From Podarcis melisellensis (Eukaryota): DNA of 64,000 bases. The stretch is from NCBI GenBank assembly GCA_964234715.1, contig OZ174276.1; one strand, 5' to 3'. This document shows positions 1-12,457 of this stretch, one piece after another. Under the pieces are notes generated by a model. The model ran no database searches. It was not told the DNA's origin and worked only from the letters and a program-made list of their open reading frames with translations. The first letter of the stretch is position 1, and each line of letters opens with the position of its first letter. Made by a program: the position numbers and the translations under genes.

Positions 1-163
1 AGAACAAAGTAAAATTCACAAAGTAGTGAGCAAACTTTTGAGTCCACCAGCACTCTTTTTCAGATTACACGTTAAGCGTTTTAAAAAAAATGTGGTGAAG
101 AATATTGCCGGCCATGATGAAAAGCCCTAGTTTGTACTTTACAATAGCTTTAGGATGAAATGT

Positions 164-410
164 AATAATAATAATTTTATTATTTATACCCTGCCCATCT
201 GGCTTTGTTTCCCCAGTTCCTCTGGGCAGCTTCTAGCACATATAAAAACATAATAAAACGTCAAACGTTAAAACTTCTTGGTACATTGCTGCCTTCAAAT
301 GTATTCTAAAAGTTGTGTAGTTCTTTATCTCCTTGACATCTGATGGGAGGGTGTTCCACAGGGAGGGCACCGCTGCCGAGGAGGCCCTCTGCCTGGTTCC
401 CTGTAACTTC
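164..410 (-). mobile_element. L2-clade LINE 3' end fragment with short (AAT)n tail
   Basis: Reverse complement matches the 3' part of the L2 copy at 5400-6007 (e.g. gacatctgatgggaggg...ggttccctgta). Boundaries approximate. Confidence 0.8.
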
Positions 411-1142
411 ACACCAGTTTCCTTAGGTTAGGTTATGATGCAAAGCAGATTGCAGGTGGATGTGTTCTGGGGTGAAGAAAACAATGGCTGCTCTCCTTTA
501 AAAAAAGAAAATCAAAATATTGCTGATTTTTTATATATGTCTCTAGTGCTAACCAGCATGCGCAGGACTCATAAGGCAGAGTGGAGAAGTGAAGAAAAGC
601 ATGGCAATGTCTGTATTAGCAAGGCCAGAGATTAATTACAGATGATGCTCTAGGAAAACAGTGACTGGATTTTCGCTGTCTGCCTCTGTGTGACTGGATG
701 GGTGGGTATTAATCCTCCTTGAGCCGCTGTGGTGGAAGATCTAGAGTGCCTTTTAAATCTAGGCTGGGTATACTTGGTGCTCAAAAAAAGACGGTCTTGT
801 GATCAAGAGAGGATGGAGGTTAGTGAAGAGGGAGTAGGACCTAAAGAATTGGATAGCAAGAGAAGTGCTGAGGAATAGTCCTCATTGGGAAAGGATAGCT
901 AGCTGAGTCTGTTGCACCCTGACCAATGAAAGCCCCAACAAGCCAAAATGCAGGAGAATTGTGGTTTGGGTACCGGGGCTCCAACAGAGAAGATTACGAT
1001 TCCATTTCTGGATTTGCCTTCCTGAAGTCATCTTCCTACTGTGCATGAGTCTTGTCTAAGCTTTGGGTGATCTTTGTTCTGGGCTCACTAGTACAGTACT
1101 TAGCAAATAGTACTTCCTGAACATCTTGTTTCCTTCTTGCAG

Positions 1143-1289
1143 TACATTGTGAAGTGTCATGGGAGCACCCTGCTGCCTCAGTTCCTGGGTATGTACCGGC
1201 TCAGTGTGGACAACGAGGAGAGCTACATGCTGGTCATGAGGAACATGTTCAGCCACAGGCTCACCGTGCACAGGAAGTACGATCTGAAG
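1143..1289 (+). CDS. PIP4K2C: PIP4K2C internal coding exon (147 nt, phase 0/0; equivalent to human exon 5)
   Basis: ttcttgcAG|TAC...AAG|GTaacg. Translates [49 protein letters not shown], the PIP4K kinase core with the YDLK motif. The [17 protein letters not shown] segment is gamma-isoform-like. Confidence 0.96.
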
Positions 1290-2605
1290 GTAACGGGTAG
1301 TGGAGGGCAGGCGGGAAGTGTGCGCCAAAGCTGGATCTAGACACATCCAAGAAGCGTTTCAGTTAAATGTGTTGCAAACTTTGTATGAGAAATTAGGTTA
1401 GCAAAAACAGAACTCCACAGCGCCATCTGGTGTCACAGTATTAGAATGCATAAACAACACATATAAAGTGATTTTTCTTTGCCAATGTAGCTGAGTCCCA
1501 AGTCTTTGGTCCTGTTTGTCCATCTTTTTCTCCCTCATTTCCCCATGTATGTGCATGATGTTTGCTCTGGAAATCTCCAGAGCTTTACCAATTAGCTGTG
1601 GAAGTTGCAATATGTAATGCATGGTAGTTGCATAATGCTGTGTCTAAAATGCTAATATGTCAGACAGAGCAGTGCTGGGTTTTTGCACCGGAGGCAAAGG
1701 TTGTCATGGAATTATGTCACCAGTTTCTTATTATTGGCCCATATTTATTCAAAAGTTTGCAGTCTCTCCCCCCCCCCACCTTGGCACGCATGGCTTTCAG
1801 AAGATGCTTGAGTGGATTTTACGCTTTAGTCATTATACGCTTTAGTCGCCAGGTGGCACTGGGTATAGTTGTATCTAGGTGGAGTCAGTAATTGCCTGCG
1901 TGTCTTCTGTTCTTCTTTTTAAAAGGCCATAAAGTTCTTATCTAGCTTTCTTGCACTGTATGCCTTCCATGACATTACTGAATTTCAGATCATCCTCACT
2001 TAGCCCTGAGAGTACAGAACCAGGGCAGGGAAATATGTAATCAGGCAGGAAGCTGGAACACATAGTGCTGAGTTGTGGTATCCAGGTTTTCTCCTGAAAA
2101 GCCTTGTTTGCAAAGAATTCTGTGCCTCTGTTCTCCATCTGTAAAATAGACATGATAGTCACTACATAGTTGTGAAAACATATGAGCATGCGCGGAACTG
2201 TTTATAAAAAGATTTAAGATGCACTTTTCAGCATCAGGTCCCAGAGGGTGTTAAAACAATCTAAAATTCGGTCATCTGAACTTTTAACTGTTTGAAACAG
2301 TTTAAAAATGAAACAGAGTCACTGAAATAGGTTGGGTCCTGTGACTGTGATGTGCACCATTCCCACCTGCTGTGTGATGTGGCACCCACAGAGGCCATTG
2401 TTCAGTGGCAGGGTGTGCGATTTGCACTCATGGACCCACAAGCTCCCTGCTTCAGCCCTCCATCTCTTTTAATTATCTCTGGTAGCAGGAATGAGACTGA
2501 CATCTGCTTGTAAGACATGAGAAATTGCCTCAATTCAGGTGATCCTCTCTCTGCTTATTAAGTTGAGATGTTGTTAGTTCCAGGCAGAGTTTTTGGCTGG
2601 ATGTA

Positions 2606-2865
2606 CTGTATTTTTCGCTCTATAAGATGCACTAGACGATAAGACGCACCTAGTTTTTGGAGGAGGAAAACAAGAAAAAATAATATTCTGAATCTCAGAA
2701 GCCAGAACAACAAGAGGAATTGCTGGGCAGTGAAAGCAGCAATCTCGCTTGCTGTTCTGGCTTCTGGGATAGCTGCACAGCCTGCATTCGCTCCATAAGA
2801 CGCACACACATTTCCCCTTACATTTTAGGAGGGAAAAAGTGAGTCTTATAGAGCAAAAAATACGG
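2606..2865. mobile_element. Tc1/mariner-superfamily (Tc2/pogo-like) non-autonomous MITE
   Basis: TA-flanked TIRs: ta|ctgtatttttcgctctataaga ... tcttatagagcaaaaaatacgg|ta. Same family as 8708-9181 but in the opposite orientation. Confidence 0.85.
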
Positions 2866-5109
2866 TAATTGCAGCCCGATGGGTTCATGTGTACTGTAGG
2901 CACAAGTTTGGCTTCCTCCAAGGCAAGAGTGGGGAACCTCTGACCCTGAGCCAGCCATTGCCTGCCAAGCCATTCCCCCTCCCCAAACCACATGCACCCA
3001 TCAACTGATGGGTGGGAGAACAAGGTTTCAATCTGTACTGGCTGCACAATCCTGTTCTCAGCAGGCTAGGCAGCAAGATTTGAGTGGAGCAAGATCTGGG
3101 GATTTAAAAGGGAAGAAAGAGGAGGAGACTTGGCAAAGGAGTCCCCTTCTCTTAAGTCTCCTCCCACTTCCCTTTTAAGAGCAGCGCAAAGGGGCTTTTG
3201 ACAGGTGGGCAGCCCCACTTACCTGTCAAGATTTGACCCGTGAAGCAGATCCTGATAAGGGTCTGGCCCATGGAGCCAAATAGGGAGCAAGACAAAATCA
3301 AGCACAAGTTCAGATTCTGGTAAGGCAAAATTCAAGCAAAGCAAAAATCAAGTTCCTGGAAGGCAAAGTCAGATAAACTGGGTAGCACCCTGCATAGTTG
3401 CGCCTGAAGCTCAAGCCTGAGAGGCATATGAGCAGACTCAAATATTGCTTCAATAAAACAATGAACAGGGTAGTGATACAATGACTACTGCCATCGACAC
3501 AATATCTGTCCATAAAAATGGCAAAAGTAGTTTCTTTCCCAAATAGGTTTTATCTTAAAGAATAGCAAACATAGTATTAAGAGTACTAAGAGTCCACTTG
3601 TAATATACCAATGGTTCAGAGCTCAGACGTTGTTCCGGTAATCCTATGTTTCATTGCTGAAGAGCTTAATCATCAAGCTTTGTAGCAAATAATATACAAC
3701 AACAACAATCTTTATTACGGTCCAGAGACCCAACAAAAATAATATACAAGAGAAGACAGAATGTAAATGACTTAAAGCAGGGGTATATCTGTCCCCATCT
3801 GCGTGTTTCCTTCGGGAGGAGCATAGAAAGAGGACGACGTCCTTCACTTTGTTAAACCTCCTTCAAATATTGCTTCAGCAGCCTTCAAACCTAGACTTAA
3901 ACAGAGGCAAAGCTTTGTTCGGGTGACTAGCTCTGGCTCTGGTCAGTGAAGCATCTTCACTTGACACGACCATGGCTTCAATAGCCATTAACCCTGGTGC
4001 AGAGGGAGGCAGACGTTCTGCTGAACTGTACTCTAAGGACAACAATGTGACTTCCGCAGGCTAGCGGCTTGCCAGCGAAACAGAGAAAAAAGCAGTATTT
4101 ACAAATGTTGAATGACTGAATAAATAGCTTGTTCCTTCAGCTCTCCTATCTTGAGCTGCCTGAGGCTTTCCTGCCTGCTTGCACTCCCCTTACTGCAAAA
4201 GCCTCTCCTCTTTGGCTTGTAACCCCAGTTCCAAACTCTCCTCTTCTGGACATCCTTTGTCCTCATTCCCACCTGAAATGAAGCCTATGTGTGTGCAAAG
4301 GCTTTTGCTTCTATTTGTTCCTCGTTTCTCCTTTTCCCTCCCTCCCCACCCAACCAACCAGGTGCCTAAATATAGATCATAAGCTGCTTGGAGCAAAGGA
4401 CTGTCTCTTGCTGATGCTGCTCTGCAAAGACCCTTCACACTGATAAATAGCTCCATATCCAAGGCAGGAATCCTTCGCTTCCCTCTTAGTTTGATGGTGT
4501 ATCACTTCTAGGGTCAGATAAATTTTGGTTTGCGCTGGTCAGGAAGTTCCCTTTTGGGCAACCATCTTGATCAAGCCAATTAAAACATATTTGGCAACTT
4601 GGGAGATGCAACTCAATCTCCCAAGAAGGACACCCGCTTCTGATCTGAAGGCAGCACGTAAGAGAGGATCCATTCCTCCTCCCTTGACAATCTGGAGGCT
4701 CCTGCCAGCCTGCTGAGCACATTCTCATTCCACAGCCCTCCTCGTGTCCTTGCCTGACAGAGGCATTGCCCACCATTAGGCGGACAGTTAAAATAGGTTG
4801 TGGTACAGACCTTCTCTGATAGGTCTGTTCTTCACACTCTGCTCCCTCTCCCAATGCCTATTAGGCAACGTGTGGCTTGCTGTGCTGATTAAATGTTCTG
4901 ATATTGCAATGAAATGGCCCCCTCAGGGAATTTGTTCAGTACATGGACAGTATCAAACTCAGGGTCTCTCTCTCTTTCTCTGTGTGTGTGTGTATGTGTG
5001 TTGGAAAACCAAGCTAGGAGAATGAGATGAATCATGTCTGCCCCTATCTGCCTTCAGCCTGACTGCACATCATTAAACTGACCCACAGCAAGGTTACATA
5101 GATCTTTTA

Positions 5110-5154
5110 TAGTGTTTGCAGTTACAATGTTTGCAGTTATAGTGTTTGCAGTTA
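5110..5154. repeat. 15-bp minisatellite x3 (tagtgtttgcagtta)
   Basis: Three consecutive near-identical units are directly visible. Confidence 0.85.
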
Positions 5155-5399
5155 CAAACATTTTAGAAGAGGCGGCTGGAGGGTTGAACTGCAATGAGGG
5201 CCACAGTATAAAAGCAGCTTTTTCTGGAGGGCCACAGCTGATGTGCTTATTATAAAGGAATGCAGTTGGAGTTACTTGGATATGTTGTTAATCAACCTGG
5301 ATGGTTGATTATTTACTTATTAAATTTCTATACAGCTCTTCGTCTGAGGACCACAGGGCAGTATATAAACTAAAAACATGAAAATACATAACATGGTAA

Positions 5400-6007
5400 C
5401 ACGGACTGTCTCGCCAGAGTGGTGCATGCTCTAGTTATCTCACGCTTGGACTACTGCAACGCGCTCTACGTGGGGCTACCCTTGAAGGTGACCCAGAAAC
5501 TGCAATTAATCCAGAATGCGGCAGCTAGACTGGTGACTGGGAGTGGCCGCCGGGACCACATAACACCGGTTCTGAGAGATCTGCACTGGCTCCCAGTACG
5601 TTTCCGAGCACGATTCAAAGTGTTGGTGCTGACCTTTAAAGCCCTAAACGGCCTCGGTCCTGTATACCTGAAGGAGCGTCTCCACCCCCATCGTTCAGCC
5701 CGGACACTGAGATCCAGCGCCGAGGGCCTTCTGGCAGTTCCCTCATTGCGAGAAGTGAGGCTACAGGGAACCAGACAGAGGGCCTTCTCGGTAGTGGCGC
5801 CCGCCCTGTGGAACGCCCTCCCATCAGATGTCAAAGAGATAAAGAATTACCTGACATTCAGAAAACATCTTAAGGCAGCTCTGTTCAGGGAAGTTTTTAA
5901 TATGTAATGCTGTACTGTTTTTAACACTGATTGGGAGCCGCCCAGATTGGCTGGGGAAACTCAGCCAGATGGGCGGGGTATAAATAATAAATTATTATTA
6001 TATTATT
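5400..6007 (+). mobile_element. 5'-truncated L2-clade LINE (ORF2 C-terminus, 3'UTR, (ATT)n tail), nested in an older minus-strand L2-like remnant
   Basis: ORF 5419-5907 reads HALVISRLDYCNALY..QNAAARLVTG..HITPVLRDLHWLPV..RAFSVVAPALWNALP, the characteristic L2/CR1-group ORF2 C-terminus. Ends in attattatt repeats. Confidence 0.9.
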
Positions 6008-7826
6008 ATAAAAACAATACACCCACCCACACAGTTTAAAAGGCCATATATTGTTTAAAGACCTGGAAAAAGAGGTATATTTTTGCCTGGTGCCTAAAGA
6101 CATATAATGAAGGTGCCAGGCGAATCTTCCTAGGGAGCTCAGTCCTCTCAGGGCAAAAGACTGGATTTAACCCACTGAGTTGCTTCCCCTTCTGATGCCC
6201 AGGCTCTGCTGTTTGTCAGCTGCACCTTGAGGGCCAGCAACGTGCTAGGTGCTGCACAGAACATAGCAGCAATGTAGCCCTGGTTGAGAGGACAGATGCT
6301 GTGGCCTGCAGTGGAATGCTGCAGTGTGGAGTGCTTCTGTTCGCTGCTCTCCTGCGGGACAACTCTATTCTATTCTCCCTCTTGTGTTCCCCCCCCCCTC
6401 CCAGTCCCTGCCCGCAAGCAGCCAGTCAGGATTCTGTGGCCACTGAGCATGCTTGGACCTCATTGTTTCGTTTTGCCCCCCCCCCATGTTGTTTTTTTGT
6501 GTTTTTTTTTTAAATAGTTCTTGTGCAAGCCTTTGGGGTTCCCCCAGACCTGCTGATACTTCCATTCTGTATTTGCATCAGGCTGCAAGTACCACTGCAT
6601 CCTTAAGCCTGAAACAACAGCCTTGTGGTATAATTTTTGCGTTTTGAAAAATGCCAAGAAAAGTGTCCATCCTAACATCTGAAGTCTTATTTAAAAACAA
6701 ACAAGCAAACAGCAGCAACAACAACTCAGCTACTTTACTGCCCAAGCAGAGCTTTTGCACCAGGTGAGACCTACCTAGGTTCATATTTTGGCTACATCAA
6801 AAACTCTCTGGGTAGCCTTGGCAAGTCACGCTTCCTCAGTCTCCTGCCCTCCTCCTATGAAGTGGGAGAGAATATAATTGCTTGCCTTATATGGTTAAAA
6901 TGAATAGTCTGTAATTTGCACGGTGAAGGGTGTTATGCAGAGTGCCATCGCCACTGTTTATGTTGCAGCCTTTTGATTCAAAGACTGTGCCCTCTGTCTA
7001 TCTGGATGGAGACGCAGAGATTTCTTGCATCTGAACTGGTGCCTTTGTGGTCGGCAGATGATGGAGGACAGTGTCCGTAGGTCTTATCTTGCCCATTGTA
7101 ATAGCCCCTGGGGACAGAATTATGGCAGGTATCTCTCTGAAACTCAGTAACAGAAACAGTTTGAACAATATTGTTTTTATCTTACATCTGGTCAAGGCAG
7201 GACAACAACATAATGTATAAAAACACTGCTTTTACTGTTACTATTACTTGGATTTCTTACCCACCCTTTGCCATTAGGACCCAGGGTGTATCACAGCAAT
7301 ATAAAAATAAAATATCAGTTGTTTAAAATACACATACTATGAAGAATAGAACATTGTGGCGTAGAAAATCAGAGAATTATATTTAGTGGAATGATACTCT
7401 TTTGGAGAGCACTTGAGGTACTTTTTAGCTTAGAGACATATATATACCTCTTTCCCTCTCCCCCTCCAATAATGATGATCTTTTGGTTTCCAGCTATAAC
7501 AAGCTGGAAACCAAACATAAACCATGTTTATGCGAACGCTGTGGGCTGCATTCAACCAACGGGTCCTGGTAGCAGAAGCCAGTGCTGGCACAGTGGGGCT
7601 TTCCGCACACTCCTCTTCCTTGCGCCTCCCTCATCTGCCTTGGGGGGTCGGGGAGAACCCCCAGAACAGCACATGGAAGGAAGAGAGGGAAGATTGTTTT
7701 GTCGAGCCCTGATGGAACAATCTCCTTAGCACAACACCCATTGATTTCAGACCTGCCCTGAAGGCCATGTCCATTTGTGTTTATGATCCATGCTTCTTAA
7801 TGTTTGTGTTTCTGCTTTTTTTTCAG

Positions 7827-7865
7827 GGCTCCCTGGTATCCCGTGAAGCTAGTGATAAAGAGAAG
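7827..7865 (+). CDS. PIP4K2C: PIP4K2C 39-nt coding exon (phase 0/0)
   Basis: ttttttttcAG|GGC...AAG|GTaatt. Encodes GSLVSREASDKEK, completing the DLKGS motif. Too short for the ORF track. Confidence 0.96.
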
Positions 7866-8707
7866 GTAATTTGAGATTATGGCTTTCGGGTGAAAGGTGG
7901 TGGCTCTCCCTCTGTTTTGATGTGTTGTGAAGTGATTTTTGGCTTGCTGGCTTAAACCTCAAGATGATGATGGACCTCTTTGCAAAGGAAGATAGAGGCA
8001 TGACCTGAGAGCATATTTATCTCTTTAAAAAATTAGGCAAGGGCCTATATGCATTTACATTGCACTCCTGGTATCTGCATGTGCTAGGCAGAATAAACAG
8101 ACCTTGACTAAACTAGAAGAAGTGGAGACTATGGAGGCTTAAAATATGAGCAAAGGGGTATTACTGGCGAGTTGTTTCCTTGGAATAAGTTTGCAGGATT
8201 AATGTTTGCATTGACATCAAATTCCAGGGTGTTGAAAATGGAGATCAAGAGGGGAGGGGCTATAACTAAGTGGTGGAGCATGTGATGTGAATGCAGAGGA
8301 TCCCAAGTTGAATTCCTGGTATCACTGGTTTAACAAAGGTTCCAGTAGCAGGGGATGGAAAAGGACCTTAAAAAGCAGTTGCCACAGGCAATTCCAGGCT
8401 TAGGTGGACCAATGGTTGGCAGCATCTTATGGAACTAAGTAGCATTTAACATTATAGTCAGGACTTCTGTGCACCGTGATTCTGTTGGAAGCCCAGCAGA
8501 AGAATGTAGCCATGGGCACAGAATTCAGCTTCCTGAAAATTCTTTTGAGGCACCCTCAAAAGAGTGAGAGGCAGTAGGAGGCAGAGGGTAATTCTGCAGT
8601 GATCACCTGGCCAGGAGATTTATTGCATAATAAAGGTCCATGTTGTTCTTGAAAGTGATCTTCCTGAAAACTGGGAGTTAGTTACGTTTTATTATTTATT
8701 TAAAATA

Positions 8708-9181
8708 CCGTATTTTTCGCCCTATAGGACACACTTTCCCCCCTCCAAAAATGAAGGTGAAATGTGTGTGCGTCCTATGGGGCGAATGCAGGCTTTCGCT
8801 GAAGCCTGGAGAGCGAGAGGGGTCGGTGCGCACCGACCCCTCTCGCTCTCCAGGCTTCATGCAGCTCTCCACAAAGCGCGGGAGCCCGGGGCTGGGCTCC
8901 CGCGGCTTGCAGAGAGTTGCCTGCATGCTGAAGCCTGGGCGCACTGAGCTCAGCATGCCCAGACTTCGCGCAACTCTCCGCAAGGCGTGGGAGACCGCCG
9001 CTGGGCTCCCACAGCTTGCGGAGAGTTGCCTGTTCTGGGGGCTGGGGTGGGGGAAGCTCGGGCTTCCCCCGCCCCAGCCCCACGCCTGGGGGGGAAATAA
9101 AATTTTCCCCTCTATTTCCACCCCCCAAAAAAACTAGGTGCGCCTTATGGGACGGTGCGTCCTATCGGGCGAAAAATACGG
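8708..9181. mobile_element. Tc1/mariner-superfamily (Tc2/pogo-like) MITE with GC-rich palindromic interior
   Basis: ta|ccgtatttttcgccctataggac ... gtcctatcgggcgaaaaatacgg|ta (TIRs plus TA TSD). Confidence 0.88.
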
Positions 9182-9374
9182 TAGTTAGATGGTGCCCCAT
9201 AACCATGTTCTGCGAGGGCTTGCAAGAAGGTTGAAAGCAAAATTAAAAAATACTTTCAGTGCGCTTCTTCATTGTTTTGGCTCGAGTTCTGCCCTCCAAG
9301 TCTAGATTCAGCCAGCTGTTGACTCAGCCCCCATGCCTCCTCTTCATTCGAAATACGTTTCTGTTCCTTTCTAG

Positions 9375-9488
9375 GGCAAGGAGCTACCAACCCTCAAGGA
9401 CATTGACTTTCGAAACATGAACCAGAAAGTGTACGTTGACGAAGAAGCCAAGAGAGATTTCATGGAGAAATTAAAGAGAGATGTGGAG
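9375..9488 (+). CDS. PIP4K2C: PIP4K2C coding exon (114 nt, phase 0/0)
   Basis: ttcctttctAG|GGC...GAG|GTactg. Encodes [38 protein letters not shown] (PTLKD motif). Confidence 0.95.
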
Positions 9489-10173
9489 GTACTGTGGCTT
9501 AGGGGGCCTAGCCCTGATACAGTCACAGCAAGACAGGAGCAGCTGGTCAATGCATATCAGTAGGAAATGATCCGCAGGCACAGAAAGGGATTTATTGACA
9601 GAACAGGGACTTTTGCGGGAACTACACAGCCATGCTTTGAAACAGGCTCCGTTTTTTAGCAATGTTCCCTTATAAAGAGCTTATTCTAGCCCCAAATGTG
9701 TTGAGTTTTAATAGGCTTTCAAGCTAGTGTCAAGAATCAGGGGTGCTAGTGCAGGGTTGCATCCCTGCCCCCCGTTCCTAAGAGCTATGTGTAACTATTT
9801 GTTCAGCGGTGGAGAATTGGATCCGGCGAGCAGGATGGATTCTGATCTCCCACGCAAGCTAGTGGGCAAGTATGACTTGGCAGTTGCCTGTCCTGTTCAT
9901 GCTCGTGCAGTTTGGAAATCAAGTTGCTCAGGCCAAGGTGCTGTGCTCTGCAAGGCCCAACAAACAGCGGATTGCCAGGGCTGGCATAGATCATTGGGCT
10001 TCCCAAGTGCTGCATGTTGGGCTTTCCCAGAGCTTTGCAAGTGTCGCCAATCAAATATGTTACTTGGTGTATGTCTGCAGTTCCCAGAGTTCCCTGAGAA
10101 AAGGATTGAATGTCGAAGCACGATGGGAATTGTAGCTCTACAAGGGGAATAGAGGTGTCCTAACAGCTCTCAG

Positions 10174-10518
10174 GGGACGCGGGTGGTGCTGTGGGTTAAA
10201 CCACAGAGCCTGGGGCTTGCCAATCAGAAGGTCGGCGGTTCGAATCCCCGCGACGGGTTGGGCTCCCATTGCTCAGTCCCTGCTCCTGCCAACCTAGCAG
10301 TTCGAAAGCACGTCCAAGTGCAAGTAGATCAATAGGTACTGCTCTGGTGGGAAGGGAAACGGCGTTTCCGTGCGCTGCTCTGGTTCGCCAGAAGTGGCTT
10401 AGTCATGCTGGCCACATGACCTGGAAGCTGTACGCCGGCTCCCTCGGCCAAGAAAGCGAGATGATAGTCTGCCACGACTGGACCTAATGATCAGGGGTCC
10501 CTTTACCTTTACCTTTAC
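10174..10518 (+). mobile_element. Sauria SINE with (ACCTTT)n tail and 10-bp TSD
   Basis: gggacgcgggtggtgctgtgggttaaacc head, B-box ggttcgaatcc, tail ctttacctttacctttac. TSD cagctctcag at 10164-10173 and 10519-10528. Confidence 0.92.
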
Positions 10519-11482
10519 CAGCTCTCAGCACCATGGACAAATTACAGTTCCCAGGATTATTTGGCGGAAGCCATACCATTTTAAGCCATACCACTTTGGG
10601 AACCACTTCAAGCTGTACAGTGCAGATAGAACTGTTTTTGGGGATGGCAGATCTTCCCCACCCACCCCAACCCAAATTTGCTGCAATGAGATGAGGTTAG
10701 GTTCCAAGACTAGAAAAATGCTCCCAGCCACTATCTCATCAGCTATTATATTTCCTTGGGGACTGAGTCTGCAGAACTGAAAATGCTTCTGCAGTGCAAG
10801 ATTCACCCTATTAGCCTTAATGACTGCTAATAGCATGTGAGGTCGGGGGGGAAGGCTGCAGCCACTCGGAGTCTAATTTCTAACCCAGTATTCCGCACAG
10901 CCTTACCCCTTCCATCAGACGAGTCCCACCCTGACATTCCTCCCCACCCCACCCCTGCTTAGAGCTGAACATCGCTTGTGACCCAAATCAGGGAAACGAT
11001 AGAAAATTAGGTTTCGTGATTTACAGAACTTGAAGCATTTTTGAGGACAGAAATTGGAGTCACCTAGTGACAGCCCCTAGGAATAATCTGCCTGAAATTT
11101 TCCTCAGCACGGATGCCCTTCTGCTAGTTGGTCTCTGTGAAAGCGTCTGCACAGGCCGCATTCACATGAGCAAAGAGGGGGGAAGAAGGCCTTGGATTCT
11201 TCTATTTGAATGCCCTGCTTCTGTACTCTGGTGTCGTCTCATATACGTAACTCTTCCAAAAAGGGTTCACAAAGTGGCTTACCCCAAAATTCCCCTCTGC
11301 TTTCCTGAGGGGGACATCTGGTAGCGGCAGCATATGCCTTGCATTCAAACTTACCTCAGCCGCAAACACCCAGTGGTGTGTCAACCCTGGCTTCCCAGGT
11401 GCAATAGAAATATTTTATTTCATTTCATTTCAGAATGAAATGAGGTTGGTTAAATTGGGAGAGAGAAGTAGGAGTAGTAGTA

Positions 11483-11483
<1 letters not shown>

Positions 11484-11529
<46 letters not shown>

Positions 11530-11862
11530 TTATTATTTGTACCCCACGCATCTGGCTGGGTTTCCCCAGCCACTCTGGGCGGCTTCCAACAAAGATTAAA
11601 AATACATTAAAATATCACACATTAAACTTCCCTGAACAGGGCTGCCTTCAGATGTCTTCTGAATGTCAGGTAGTTGTTTATCTCTTTGACATCTGATGGG
11701 AGGGCGTTCCACAGGGCGGGCACCACTACCGAGAAGGCCCTCTGCCTGGTTCCCTGTAGCTTTGCTTCTCACAATGAGGGAACCGCCAGAAGGCCCTCGG
11801 TGCTGGACTTCAGCGTCCGGGCAGAATGATGGGGGTGGAGACGCTCCTTCAGGTATAACTGG
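11484..11862 (-). mobile_element. L2-clade LINE 3' fragment with long (AAT)n tail
   Basis: Near-identical reverse complement of about 5660-6007. (AAT)n microsatellite at about 11484-11529. Confidence 0.9.
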
Positions 11863-12457
11863 CCCAATGTCACCCATTAAGCTTTGTGGTTGAGTGGGGG
11901 TTTTGAACCAAGGTCTCCCTGGGCCTAGTCTGACACTAACTACAACTTTGAATACTTGAAATGTGTGTAACTTTATTTATGATGATGGTTACTTCAAAGA
12001 TGGATGCACAAGGCGAAAGTGAGCCATATGTTGTTAATATTCGCATGCACAAGGATTTACGGAGTATTACATTTTATTGCATTCGCATTTTTCCCTTCCT
12101 GTAGCAGAGGTAATTCTTTCCTCCTCTGTTTTATCCTGACAACAATCTTGTGAGGTCAGTAATGCTGAGATGATAGTGAGTTGAACGAAAACTTGAACGA
12201 GCCGTGCAGTCCCTCCACCGAAAGAGCTGTTGTAGCATCCTGGTTAAGCACGTGAGATTTGAGCCAAGAAGTCTTTGGAACAAAATCTCAGATATGAATT
12301 CTTACAGCCTTGACCCAGCAGCTGGGATCTGCAGGTGCTGCTGACCTGATCTGTGTGTAGTGCCGTAAGGATTACTGAGATAATTACATGAAGTGCTTTG
12401 AACATTCTCAAGCACTGTAGAAATGCAAATTATTAGCACTAGTAGTGGTACTGTTAT

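Noticed and set aside
5419-5907. 162-aa ORF as a host gene
   Set aside because: It is the C-terminus of L2 LINE ORF2 in a truncated copy.
8252-8330. tRNA-like sequence (ggggctataactaagtggtggagc...gttgaattcctgg)
   Set aside because: Stems do not pair properly. It is a decayed tRNA-derived SINE head; similar remnants occur near 23100-23185, 29700-29800 and 62860-62935.
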